Shown: positions 1 through 18,400, counted from the stretch's first letter. The stretch: 64,000 nt of DNA from Octopus vulgaris (GCA_951406725.2 OX597818.1:64294001-64358000), one strand, 5' to 3'. Numbers and translations are program-made. The notes: generated from the sequence alone by a model not told the origin.

Positions 1-258
1 TTACATGTTGCAGTCATTAGACTGCGGTTATGCTGTGGTACTCCAGTGAAGAATTTTTAGTTCAACTTATCTACTCCAATACTTTTTGTGTTAAAGCCTC
101 CTACCTATCTAGCCGGGCCCCCTTGCCGAACTGCTAGGTTACGATAAAGTAATTATTTCAGCATCGTTCGTCAGCTGGTGGGGACAAACACAGACATAAG
201 ACACACACAAATTAATCCACACACACACACAGATGCAGACACACACAGACATACACCT

Positions 259-941
<683 letters not shown>

Positions 942-1006
942 AAATTTTACTCTGCTATGTATTGAGTACCTTATTTACTGTGGTTAACCCCGAATCAACC
1001 CGGGAC

Positions 1007-1537
<531 letters not shown>

Positions 1538-1749
1538 AATTTGTGTGTGTGTGTGTGTGTATGTTTATCACCACTTACACGTAAGGAACGCACACGAGCT
1601 AATGTAGTTCATATGAAATAGATGTTAAAATGTTATTTTCAACGGAAAATCGCAGAGCATGTTTGGGCATGCAAGGTGTAAAACCAGTTGACATTGAACT
1701 ATACATTTCTTACTCGATATATTCCAGGCACGGTAAGCATTTTTCTCAT

Positions 1750-2085
1750 ATATTAATTACATTGCCTGCTCGTGAAATTAACGTGAAATTGGTTGAACGC
1801 TTCACAGACACGTGTACGGTTAACGTAGTTCTCGGGGAGTTTCAGCATGACAAAGAGCGTGACAAGCATGGCTCCTGAAATACACGTATAACAGAAACAG
1901 GAATAAAGAATGAGAGAAATGTGTGGTGAAAGAGTATAGCAGGGTTGGCCACATGCCGCTGCCGGAGCCTCGTTGAGCGTTAGGTGTTTTCGCTCAATAA
2001 GCACTCAAAACGCCCGGTCTGGGAAGCGAAACAGCTATCCTACGGCTGCGAGTCCGATTCCCTAACCACTGGGTCATTCAGCCGC
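1750..2085 (-). mobile_element. tRNA-derived SINE, family B
   Basis: Reverse complement contains cccagtggttaggg...cccagaccgggcg...tttattgagcgaaaacaccta, shared with the copies at 2829 and 10947. Confidence 0.75.
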
Positions 2086-2828
2086 CACAGGTTTCTGGAT
2101 TAGCTAAAAATAATAATAGTGTTTCTACCATAGCGCAAATAACTTTTTTGCGCAAGCGGGAGGGAGAGTGATATCTTGCCCCGCAAATATTTAATATACA
2201 GTTATGGAATTTCTGATTTTTACAAAATGTTCTGAAAGAAATGAGATTATAAACAATATCGATAGATTCCATACGCATGTGCAAAGAACGAAACATGAAG
2301 CTAAGTAAATGTTGAACAAAAATGACTATGTTTAGAAGCCGTATTCAATACACCTGTACTAATTATTATTCAGTAAAGAAAAAGGAAAATGATCTATTAG
2401 AAAGTAACTGTGAACAGCCGTGTAACACAGGAATTCAATTCCGGATGTACGACTTGGCGAAGTCTATTAAATGTATTCATTTTTAAAGAGCATACAAGGT
2501 GTCTACCCGAATATAAACTTAAGTATATCAATATATATAGAGAGATGTGTGTGTGTGTGTGCAGGTGTGTGTGCAGGTGTGTGTGCGTGTGTTCGCATGT
2601 GTGTGTATGTGTGTGACTTAGTGCCAGCGTTTGTCTCTCAGCACCACTTCAGGACTACTGTTGGTCTGTTTACGTCCCCCTATCTTGCATGTTCGGCAAA
2701 AGATAGATAGATGAAGTACCGAAGACTTTTCATTCGTTTAAATAATCCTGAAGTCAGTGTCGTAGAATGGTTGGTGTCTAATAACTGAAACAAGTAAAAT
2801 ATATATACGATATACATATCTCACAATT

Positions 2829-3208
2829 GTGAAGGGGCAATGGCACAGTGGTGAGGGTAGCAGACACGCGGTTGTAGGATCGCAGTTTCGATTCCCAGAC
2901 CGGGCGTTGTGAGAGTTTATTGAGCGAAAACACCAAAATCTCCGCGAGGCTCCGGTAGGGGTGGTGGTGAACTCTGCTGTACCCTTTCACCACCGCTCTG
3001 TCTCAGTCTTTCTTCCTGCTTCTCTTGTACCTTTCTTTCAAAAGATCAGACTTGTCACACTCTGAATCATGCTGAATCTCCCAGAGATCTACGTCCTTGG
3101 TACACGTACCCGTGGAATGTTCAGCCACTTTCACGTTAATTTCACGAGCAGGCTTTTCCGGAGATCGGATCAACTGGAACCCTCGTCCTCATAACCGACG
3201 GAGCGCCA
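2829..3208 (+). mobile_element. tRNA-derived SINE, family B
   Basis: gtgaaggggcaatggcacagtggtgaggg (A box), gtttcgattcc (B box), shared body ttattgagcgaaaacacc. Confidence 0.8.
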
Positions 3209-4760
3209 CGATATTACAATTCTTTGAATAAACCTCCCTTTCACTTATCAAAACAATTGGATAATATAAATATATCAATTCTGACTGCAGAATATATTAT
3301 GAGATAAAGTCGTGTTAAATAAATTTTTGCGACGCATTTATGTTTCAGGTATATTTTTCTATTGATTAAAGTCTATTCAGGGTTTTTGAAAGCAAAATTC
3401 GATTAACAATATCTTTATTTATTCTTCTGTAAATCATACCAGACAATTTTATTTACGTATCACAGTTTATCTATCATAGGAATTAGAAATGAAACTGCGT
3501 TTTACTTAAATACTCATAACTTATACAATTGAAAATAACTAGACGTTGAAACAACAACCTTGTATTTTTCTCAATCTGTCACGTGTGCAATGTTTGTCCT
3601 CTATTAATATAGGTGTTATTATTTGAAAAAAAAAAGAAAGAAAAGTATTCAACAAATAACCAATGTACTACCCTTAAGGAAAGGGCATAATTGCAAACAT
3701 TATTGACTTCAGACATATTTTTTATCTTTTTGATGTGATACTATTTTTAGATAAATAATGGGAAAAAAATAATACGCTGTACTAAAAGATTACTAGTTCT
3801 TAAAATATTAGCAGCAACTACTAAAGAAGCATCTGGAAGATTCTCAACTTTTTAAAGCAGATGGTGTTTATTCACCATTTCCGAAGTAAAAACAAAACCT
3901 TTTTTGTTATTATTTTTATCGATTCATATTTGTGTAATTTCCACTTTTATTTATGAGTTTTATATTACAAGTCAAAACTTAAGTTACTTTGAGTATTGTT
4001 CCAGATCATTAAATATATAACAGCCTCTGCTCTTTCCTTTATGCCCATTACTTTTGTTCAGTTTACAAATGGGAATTTCTCCAAATGTTTACGTTTTAAA
4101 TTATGGTGTGGAACGCAGAACGAAAATTTCGTTTTTTACTTTCAAGACGACATTTTGCGATATAAATAGGTATTGGACTTTTACATTGTCATTGTTATGT
4201 GGTAAACAAAATAACATTTCGAATTTAAATTAAATAACGCCTAAACTACAGAGTATTCGATGACTGCAGATTATATATTATAGCAATCTATATTCTGTGA
4301 AAGACGCTGAATAATTTCTGTAAATATAGCAGGTAAACAATATTATAACAAATTGATTGCTTTAATGTAGATATGAGAATCATTTCTGTCTACTATGCAA
4401 TTTTAAAATTTGTCACGAACATATAAGCAACTCTTTCCATGATAGATTCATGGAACCTAGTTCAGTTGCGAATAATTTCCAAAGAACGTTTGTGACCATG
4501 AAACAATGCGATATATCATAACATATGAAAAAATACACGTGGGGTTTATATATTTTCTTCCACAGTGTAGCATATAGGTTTACACAGAAGTTCTATAATA
4601 TATGCATTAAAGAAGCAATTTTTCTAATAAGGAAGATGTTGAAAGTAACCTGTTGACCGGTATAACTTCTCAGCAAAAGACTAATGAATAATACCACCGA
4701 AAAAAATAATAATAAAACAAGAGAAAATCAGTATTGGGTATAATTCCATGATGAGAAAAT

Positions 4761-4940
<180 letters not shown>

Positions 4941-5090
4941 CATATACACACGCACATGGAGGGAGAGAGGAGATCTAGATAGATATATAAATATACATTG
5001 AGATATAAATGTGAATACTGATATACCTATATATGTGTGTATATATATATATATATTTACATACATACACACACACACACACACATACAT

Positions 5091-5150
<60 letters not shown>

Positions 5151-5164
5151 GTATGTGTGTGTGT

Positions 5165-5377
5165 GTTTGTGTGTCTGTGTTTGTCCCCCTAGCATTGCTT
5201 GACAATAGATGCTGGTGTGTTTACGTCCCCGTCACTTAGCGGTTCGGCAAAAGAGACCGATAGAATAAGTACTAGGCTTACAAAGAATAAGTCCCGGGGT
5301 CGATTTGCTCCACTAAAGGCGGTGCTCCCGCATGGCCGCAGTCAAATGACTGAAACAAGTAAAAGACTAAAAGAGTA
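5165..5377 (+). mobile_element. SINE family A, 3' half
   Basis: Nearly identical to 1320-1537; preceded by a long TA/CA array. Confidence 0.85.
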
Positions 5378-5930
5378 AAATAGTATTAATGTTGATCCAC
5401 AGCTACCAAATTCCTGGTGCTGAACAAGACGAAATTTCGCACCGAACGAAATTTTTTTTTCTCCATAGATTCATTCTATTGGTATATGACTGGGTGCACA
5501 ATGTGAACGACACACTCAGCTACAGGAGACTAACCAAATACAATACAGAGATAGAAAGGATAAAAGCGAAATCTGAAAATTCGAAACTCAGTCACACGGT
5601 AATGATGTCTCCCAGTTATGTAATTGTTATCGAACTCTGGTAATATAAAGTGACAGTGTAGTTCTTCCATTAAAGAAAAATAGTATTTTAAAGAGATTCT
5701 CACGCCTTATCGTAAAATATATATATTCATATTTCAAGCGAATCTGGTATTGTTGCCAAATTTTATTATGTCATTAAATATGAAGGGCGATAAAATAGAA
5801 TTCAGATGAACTAAACGGTTTTAATATTTCTCTTAGAAAAAGAAAATGTATTTCTCGTATATCCGAACGACATTGAAAAACCGGTGCCTTCAATTACATA
5901 CTTTCATCAATTTCTTTGTGAATCCGATAC

Positions 5931-6260
<330 letters not shown>

Positions 6261-6819
6261 TAAATGCCCTGATGCAGTACCAGGCAGTGGCTCTCATGGC
6301 TTCTGATCTTAACTGATTGGAAGTGTTATCATATACATTGATTTGTCTTGGTATAAAAGATGGGCTACAGCAAATATTCTGCTCAATACCACAGATTTGC
6401 TTGTCAGTTGTTTGACCTTAACCAGTTGAGCATGTCCCTTAGTGGCTGACGATATGTGCATCTCTGATCACGAGCAGAAGTAGTGGGGAGCATCATAGCC
6501 ATGTGTTGAGAGGGATTATTTGGGGTTTGAATAATTCACCTCTGGAAACATGGATGGTTCTTTCAACATCCTTAAACAACCCTTATTCAGGGACCTTTTG
6601 AGCGGGATGGGCTACTCAACCTGAAGAAAATTCTAACTAGGCCCCACCTGCAAGGTCATGCGCTGTTTATCTTGATATGAGATCACCATGTCGCGCACAT
6701 ATGGTTGTGATGCCTGTGCCTGGTGTACCCTTATCAAACGGGTAGTCATGATGGGTATATTGGGCTTCGTATATTTTACCCTAGTGTCACTTTGATGGCA
6801 TGAACTGCTCTCTCACTCA
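6261..6819 (+). mobile_element. About 560-bp non-coding retroelement embedded in (TAA)n, copy 1
   Basis: Highly similar direct copy at 9703-10200; both end ...gaactgctctctcactca followed by (ATA)n; no long ORF. Confidence 0.75.
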
Positions 6820-6944
6820 ATAATAATAATAATAAATGCAAATTAGTAGTCAAACAAAATAATGATCATAATTATAATGATAATGATAATAATAATGATG
6901 ATGATAATAATAATAATAATAACAACAACAACAACAACAACAAC

Positions 6945-10200
<3,256 letters not shown>

Positions 10201-10724
10201 ATAATAATAATAATAATGAGGAGGTGGAGCTAAGTCGATTACACGGACCTCAATGTACGACTGGTACTTATTCTATCGACTCCGATTTGATGAAACGCTA
10301 AGTCAACCTCAGCAGAACTTGATCTCAGTAAAAAGGCTGTTGAAATGCCGCGAATCATTTTGCTCGGCCTTCTTAAGTTTGTGTCATCTCGCCGTCTTAA
10401 TACGTAATCATTAACATTGGTATTAGAGTACCGAGCAAAAGTCTTGCGGCACTTCATTCTATTGTAAATTTCTTCTAATTGCCATCTTCTAACTGGATGT
10501 TTCGCATTACGTATTCTACGGAAGAAACATTGACCCTGTTGGAGTCATTTCCATACATAATCATTATATATTGTAGTAGGGGTTCTGAATAAAAGGGTTT
10601 AGATGCGAGACGACCGTGCAAATGTTTTCCACCATTTCACATAAACCAATCAGGATACAGAAAAATATCTCCAATTAAAATTTATTACGCAATGTTCATT
10701 TCAAGAAATTACTGTACTTTATTA

Positions 10725-10870
10725 ATATTTCATGTGGTGTCTATTAGCTTGAAGAGATTCGTATAAATCCTTCACCATTTTCACAGGTATGAAATGCCAT
10801 TCTTTGTGGCTGAGCTCACGCAACTCTTCAAGATTGCGTGGATTATGCTAACTTACCGCCAATCTTCACA
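10725..10870 (-). pseudogene. Probable Tc1-like transposase C-terminal remnant
   Basis: Minus strand translates HNPRNLEELRELSHKEWHFIPVKMVKDLYESL, resembling the P.NL.EL...L.EEW..IP......L.ES C-terminus of Tc1 transposases. Confidence 0.5.
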
Positions 10871-10946
10871 GTTTTTATTCGTGTGACGTGAGTCGTTTTG
10901 CTTTGGAATAAGCGAGAATTATGCTAAATATTAATAATATATATAT

Positions 10947-11259
10947 GTGAAGGCGCAATGGCCCAGTGGTTAGGGTAGCGAACTCGCGGTTGTAGGATCG
11001 CGGTTTCGATTCCCAGACCGGTCGTTCTGAGTGTTTATTGAGCGAAAACACCTAAAGCTCCATGGGGCTCCGGCAGGGGGTGGTGGCGATCCCTGCTGTA
11101 CTCTTTCGCCACTACTTTCTCTCATTCTTTCTTCTGTTGGCCTGCTCGCTTAGCCAGCGGGGTGGCGTCATTTAAAGTCTAAAACAATGCGAAGCGCATT
11201 GTGACCAGCGATGTTTAGCAACATCTGATAGCCTGGTCGGTCACGGTGATCACGGTGAT
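10947..11259 (+). mobile_element. tRNA-derived SINE, family B (alternative 3' end)
   Basis: A box tggcccagtggttagg, B box ggtttcgattccc; ends cacggtgatcacggtgat; inserted in a TA tract. Confidence 0.8.
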
Positions 11260-11612
11260 TAATGATATATATATATATATTATTAGCGAGTCTATGGGGG
11301 TGTATAATCATCTTCAAATTCAGTTTCCATGCACACCACAAGTCAATATATACTTATTACTATAGAAAACGAGATATATGGAACCGTTTTAGTGTGCTAT
11401 AATCCTATCATTCCTGAAGAGATTCTTTGAATTCTGGAAGCGGTATTTTTATTACGCCTATCATTCCGCATTAATTCTCAATTACTGTTAAGTAGTTGGT
11501 AATAACGTAAAGTCAAAACAATTCACCAGACTATGTTAGATACGAATTTACACTGTCTCTGCATTGTTTGACAGAATGTGACACTAGCATCGTATTTCTT
11601 TGAAATATAATT

Positions 11613-11925
11613 GTGAAGGACCGTGGCTCAGTGGTTATTGTTCTTTGCTCACGATTGTTTGGTACAGCTTTCGATTCTCATCATCGCGTTTTCTCCCTGA
11701 ATAAGACCATTTATTCCACGTTGTTCTAGTCCACATAGATGGCAAAAATAAGCAGCGCTTGTATTTGAAGGGGCCAACCGTTTTACTTTCTGTATCACGC
11801 TGAATGTCACTGAGAAATACGTGAAGGGTACGCGTGTCTGCGGAATGCTCAGCCACTTGCATGTTAATTTCGTGCGTACGCTACACGTCGTCATCGTAAT
11901 CAATCGAGAGTCAATATTAGTGTGT
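11613..11925 (+). mobile_element. Diverged SINE sharing the 3' module of the family B copy at 2829
   Basis: gtgaagga..tggctcagtggtta head; tcacgctgaat...gggtacgcgtgtctgcggaatgctcagccacttgcatgttaatttc body. Confidence 0.6.
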
Positions 11926-12560
11926 GAGTATTCCATAAGCAAGGAACAGAAACAAGATTTTTTTTTTTTTTTTTTTTTTGTAAGACTTAATATTCATCTT
12001 TTTAATGTCATTTTCTATTTACAAATTTTGAAAGAAGTGAATTTGTTAGGACGCATATTAGTTAAATAGACACCGAAATTTATGGTAGAACGTGTATATA
12101 TTTTGTGGTTACAGTTATCCCAATACATGCCTAAATAAATACCTAATACTAGTTGTCCAGTCGTGCTCGAGTGTGATGCTTTCGAATATCTTCTGCAACC
12201 TCTTTTCTTGGATGAATTCCTAGATTTTTCATAATGCAAGCTTTCGATTTTATTTTACAACACGGTGCAACTGCCTTATATCTGCATGCCCAGTCAGGTG
12301 GCTCTTGAAACCAGCAAGAAAAGCGTTTCACATTTCCCCTACCTACATGCATATAATCGTACATACGTACATACATAATCACACACCCACACACATACGT
12401 ACGCAAGTATCAGAGTGTGTATGTATATATGTTTGTATGTATATATCTCTCTATATGTTTATCTAACTATATATATGTGTAAGTTTTGTATATATATATA
12501 TATATATGCATACATGCATAGACACGCGCGCACACACATACACACATATGTAAGTGTCTA

Positions 12561-12781
12561 CGAGGGTGTGTTGACAATTTCCTGGAATTAAGTGTGCAAA
12601 AATAGGCCTGTTTGGGGGGCCCAACATTCAGAAACCTTTTACAGGGCTTCGAAGCACTGAAGGAACGTGTAAAGGAAGTGTGGGAATAAGAAAAGTGGCA
12701 TATTTTAAAGAAAATCATAATTAATTGATCCTCCTGTATTTTCTATTACACAATACCAGGAACTTTTCAGCTACACCTCCG
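12561..12781. mobile_element. Mariner-type MITE with TA target duplication
   Basis: TA|cgagggtgtgttgacaatttcctgg ... ccaggaacttttcagctacacctccg|TA imperfect TIRs; related inverted copy at 43331. Confidence 0.7.
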
Positions 12782-12821
12782 TATATCTATCTATCTATAT
12801 ATCTATCTATCTATCTATCTA

Positions 12822-12854
<33 letters not shown>

Positions 12855-12883
12855 GTCTGTCTATCTATCTATGTGTATTTGTG

Positions 12884-12939
<56 letters not shown>

Positions 12940-12940
12940 T

Positions 12941-13090
12941 AGAGGCTTCTTTCGGTTTCCGTCTACCAACTCCTCTCACACGGCTTTTGACGGCCCGAGG
13001 CTATACTGGAAGAAAACTGCCGAAGGTGTCACGCAGTGGAACTGAACCCGCATACTTGTGCCTGGAAAGCAACTTCCTTACCACACAGTG
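12941..13090 (-). mobile_element. SINE family A, 5' half
   Basis: ggcttctttcggtttccgtctaccaa...gcagtggaactgaaccc is the reverse complement of the family A head. Confidence 0.7.
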
Positions 13091-13939
13091 ACATACACAC
13101 ACATGTATATATATATATATATATACTTTCCTAATTGTGCATAGTCGTGCATATCTCTACTTGCACGCACACCCACCTCACACCCACCTCACACACACAT
13201 CTCCTTATACATTCGTGATGTTATTTTGCAACAGATTATTGTATGCTTTCAGGAACATATTACATACACATAATTGTAGAGTGTTTATGAATTGGTAACA
13301 AGTTACGTTCGATTGCGCTTTCATTTTGTCTTCTTTCTCCACAGCTATTCTAAACGTTGTGATTTCGTAATTCTTTTTTTTCTTTTCACTGGATATGTAT
13401 AATCACATTTATTAGTTATGGCCTGTATTTTATGGCACTTTGAAACAATTAGCAAATAGCTACTTTGCGAAATAATAGATGTCAATGGAATATACATATA
13501 AGCACCAGCATTTCCTTTAGTAATATGTCTTAATTTTATAGTTTATGGCATTCTTCTAGTGGTCACAAGAGGACTTTTCGCTACTTAGCCTGTTCATGCA
13601 TATGCTACTTATACGATGTTGTGGAATAATGGCTGAAGAAATCACAGAGATTCGGAATAAGTGAGCAACGCAGACAAAGCGCGTGATAGATTTTTGCCAA
13701 AAGCGTACTTTTCTACTTGTATCATTATGTTCTTCTACTAAATACATTCAGCTGTATGTACACTATAAATAATGCTGCCGCTGTCGAAGTGACTGCTGTT
13801 GCTACGGCTGCCACACTTCCTGTAAATCTACTATTGCTACAGTACCATGCAAAAAGTTTTCGGTCACTTTAATCCGTTGTAAATTTCTACTTATTTTCGA
13901 CTTATCAGTGGATTATTTAAAATATTTGCACTATTAACG

Positions 13940-14068
13940 TTTGACGGATATCTGTCCTCATCTTATTTGTTGTTAACACAACGTCTCGGCTGATATACCC
14001 TCCAGCCTTCATCAGGTGTCTTGGCGGAAATTTTGAACCTGGGTTCTCATTCCTAAGGTATTTTCGAT

Positions 14069-14108
<40 letters not shown>

Positions 14109-14168
14109 TTAATAATAATAATGATAATGATAATCATAATGATAATAATAATAATAATAATAGTAATG

Positions 14169-14248
<80 letters not shown>

Positions 14249-14273
14249 CATAATCATAATGATAATAATAATG

Positions 14274-14309
<36 letters not shown>

Positions 14310-14318
14310 GTAATAATA

Positions 14319-14403
<85 letters not shown>

Positions 14404-14583
14404 TAGCAACATTGAAAAATACCTTAGGAATGATAACCCAGCTTCGAAATTTGCCCAACACACCTGATAATGGCTGGAGGGTATAACAGCTGACATGTTG
14501 TGCTAACAACATACAAGATGAGGACAAATATCTGTGAAACATAAATAATGTATATAATTCCTCGTGTCTTAAATACGGAACTG
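13940..14583. mobile_element. PLE-related non-autonomous fold-back element: inverted arms (13940-14070, 14401-about 14540) around about 330 bp of (AAT)n; each arm has a degenerate minimal HHR
   Basis: Left arm reverse complement gacacCTGATGAaggctg..cagccGAGAcgttgtgtt; right arm cacCTGATAAtggctg..cagctGACAtgttgtg; same family at 31445. Confidence 0.8.
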
Positions 14584-14980
14584 TATTATTAGTGGATGTT
14601 TCGCATACCTTTGTTACAGATGAAACGTTGACCCTGTTGGAATCATTTCAATACATAATCATTGTATTTTGTAGTAGGGATTCTTAGTGAGAGAAAATGT
14701 GTGAGACGACCAGCAAAATTGGCCGTGCAAAAATCTTCAAAACAGTTGGTCCAATAAATTCTTGGGAGCATCTGTCTTTGAAGACTCATATTTTCATTGA
14801 ATGCTCAAAATGAAGAGTAGATAGAGAGCAAACAACTGAAGAAGGGTCCTTTCTCTGTGTTTATTTGTTATTTTCCATTTTTCTGTCGTTGTATCCCTAT
14901 TTAACACGTTTGTTTTCTTACTTCATGTTGGTTCTTAGTTGGTGATGTCCTGTGCCATGTGCATATATATATATATATAT

Positions 14981-15028
<48 letters not shown>

Positions 15029-15624
15029 GCATGTACATATATATATATACATACATACATACACACACTCGCACATATATGTATATATATACACACAATT
15101 ATATTATTATTATATTTATATACAAACAAACGTACGTTAACCTGTATAGTATGTCAACAATCTTATAAAGGCAAGTAGCCAGTCCTTTTATATACGCATC
15201 AAATATGGTAGCTCGAGAGAGATGGAGATACTAGATTTGCTAGCTACGTGTGAAACACCTATTTTCACATCTGAGAACTGTCAAAGGGCTACACCGCCCA
15301 TACACCATCAAGTTATCTTTTAATATAGGTTAACCTACGTAACTAGATTCAGAAACATGTGAAATTCAGTAATTTTGGGGGCAGATTGAAAACCATCACT
15401 GATCCCCTTAGTTGATTTCTGATCTGTAACTCTGTCTCACCAGGGTGCCTACACTGGTTTAAAAACACGTTTGTAGACAAATCAGATTATAGCCTCCAAT
15501 AGACAAAAGTCTTCCAGATGGATTCGCTAGGCGGAAACACGAACAAATCCATCGTCTCTTGTGCATGCGTACGTACGTGTTTGTGTGTGTGTGTGTGCGT
15601 GTGTGTATGTGTGTGTGCGTGTAT

Positions 15625-15680
<56 letters not shown>

Positions 15681-15853
15681 TTGCTACGGAACACCGCTTG
15701 ACAAGAAGTTTGGTTATGTTTACCTGCACGCACCCTAGTCGATCGGCAAAAGCTACCGAAAAAATAGGCTGATTTCTCAACGTAGAGTCACAACATGGAC
15801 ACAGTCTAATGACTGAAATAGTAGAAGATAAATAAATAAATATATAAATATAA

Positions 15854-15897
<44 letters not shown>

Positions 15898-15930
15898 GCA
15901 TATATATATATATATATATATGTGTATGTA

Positions 15931-15972
<42 letters not shown>

Positions 15973-16061
15973 TATGTATATGTATATCTATATATATATA
16001 TATGTATATGTATGTATATGTATATATATATATATATATATATACATTAACAATGTGACTG

Positions 16062-16252
16062 CGTGTGTACCGTTGGCGATTTTTTCCTCCGTCTTCCCCT
16101 CCTAGGATCTTTCCTTTTCCTATGTGTCTGACGAAAAGCTCCGCTCGAAACGGTTTTTCCACCTTCCTTCTTTGCTTTCCAATAACACTATACTTGTTCC
16201 ACGTCCTCGGGTTGTTGTGTTTTCTCTTTGTGTTTTCATGTTTGGATTAACT
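16062..16252 (+). mobile_element. Short PLE-type repeat with HHR-like motif (16128-16155)
   Basis: CTGACGA-aaAGC-tcc-GCTc-GAAAC; the 3' part recurs inverted at 53814-53883 and about 25258-25315. Confidence 0.55.
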
Positions 16253-16345
16253 AACTAACAATTATATGTATATACATATACACACACACACACACATACA
16301 CATACACACACATATATATATATCTATATATATATATATATACAC

Positions 16346-16387
<42 letters not shown>

Positions 16388-16422
16388 GCATACATACATG
16401 CATACATACATGCATACATACA

Positions 16423-16481
<59 letters not shown>

Positions 16482-16547
16482 TCAGGGTGAATACTTGATA
16501 AATGTAAGCACCTGTATATGGCAGCTAGTAGCATAGGTGATAGGATA

Positions 16548-16957
16548 TATGTATCAAATGAAATAAATGAAAAGCAGGACGCAAAGGATGTTGCGGTACA
16601 TATGCTTCGGGCTTTATAGAACAACTTATGCTTATATCAATGCATAATCGATATAACAGATAGATCAACAGCCTTCTTCAGCCGCGTGCAATTGCTACAC
16701 CAAAGACTTGTATCACATTATAAAAGGTTTGAGAAAAAACATTTGGTATTGTTTATAATGGTAGTTAAACCGAGTATCATTGGGAAAGTATGTTTGTAAA
16801 TCTTCATAGGCGCACGTGGTATTATTAGACTCCAAAACAAATCGTCCAAACCGTTTTTTCACTCGATATGCATTGATGTAAGAATAAGGTGTTCTATAAA
16901 GCCCGAAACATATGTACCGCAACATCCTTTGCGTCCTGTTTTTCATTTATTTTATTT

Positions 16958-16965
<8 letters not shown>
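16548..16965. mobile_element. Fold-back element (arms 16548-16651 and 16863-16965) with an HHR motif, related to the element at 38428
   Basis: Minus strand 16685-16593 reads GCGG CTGAAGA aggc...gccc GAAG CATATG TA CCGC; the right arm has gcccGAAACATATGTACCGC. Confidence 0.8.
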
Positions 16966-16990
<25 letters not shown>

Positions 16991-18057
16991 GAATAATCAT
17001 AAAACAAAAAGCAAACATTGCACCAAGAACCAGTCTATCAACCATTTTCATCGGAGATACAAAAGTACAATTCATAGCTGGCCGCATTAAGATCATGAAA
17101 TCAAGTAGGATTTTGGTGCATTTGTCTTATTTCGTCTCAGTACTTTCGTAGAAACAGATATTAATTACTATCAGAATTCATTACGGAGAAAACTTGACAA
17201 CTGTCTATGTCATCTCCGGTTTACATTTAGCTGATTACGTGATGATTGAATTTCGGAGATGCTTCATCTAAAAGTAATTAAGCAGTTACAATGTGTTTAT
17301 GGAAAATGTATTTGGTGGGGTTCCTTAAGAATGAATCTGGTTCCGTTGCCTCTTTCCTGATACAAAAGTATTATAATGAACACCGCACATAAAACACATA
17401 TAGGCCAAACACACACACACTCTCTCTCTTTCTCTCTCACTCTTTCACACACATAGACGCACACATACAAACGAACACACACACACACTGTTAATCGTAT
17501 TACCGGTTTAATTAGTTAATTGTTGCAAGTAACTTATTGAACTGGCTTGGAATTAAGCATTGTATGTCATCTGGAGTTAAAGCATACTGGCGCAATTGGA
17601 CGAACGGACAGACGGATAGACAGACCCACGAATAGATGTCATGTGAACCACTCAGCTTCCAATGTAAATCCTCTATGTTTCTGGTTGATATATGTAAATT
17701 TAAATCGTGGACTCCTCAATATATCGTAGGGTCCTGCGACTGATAGGTGTTTATATTTTTTAGAAATTAATTATTTCATTGCTAAAATAAGCAAGTTCAT
17801 GTGTAAAAAGTTAATAGATTAATGAATGCAATTGGAGTACAGTACTGCATTGTATAATACATTAATTAAAATATATTAAAATAAAATACATAGTGTACCG
17901 TAGATTAGTAAACAAACAATCGCACATACTGTATGGAAAAGGAAACTCGGGAGGCGAATGTGTGGTGTTGCTTCGCATTTATAATAAAATAAATAGATAC
18001 GAATTAATGATCCATATATAATAAACGAAATATATACAATTCTAAAAATTATCAAAT

Positions 18058-18112
<55 letters not shown>

Positions 18113-18191
18113 ATTAGTGTTACCACTTCGAAGATTTTCACCAATCACGACAGGTTTTGGAACGTTGCACTGTATAAATATGTGTACACAC

Positions 18192-18268
<77 letters not shown>

Positions 18269-18354
18269 ATATATACATATATATAGATACATGCATTCAC
18301 ATATACATACATATAAATACATATAAATATATGTGTACACACATATATATATAT

Positions 18355-18400
<46 letters not shown>

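Noticed and set aside
6446-6482. CTGACGA...GAAG as a hammerhead in the 560-bp element
   Set aside because: It has GAAG rather than GAAA in both copies and no convincing stems I and III.
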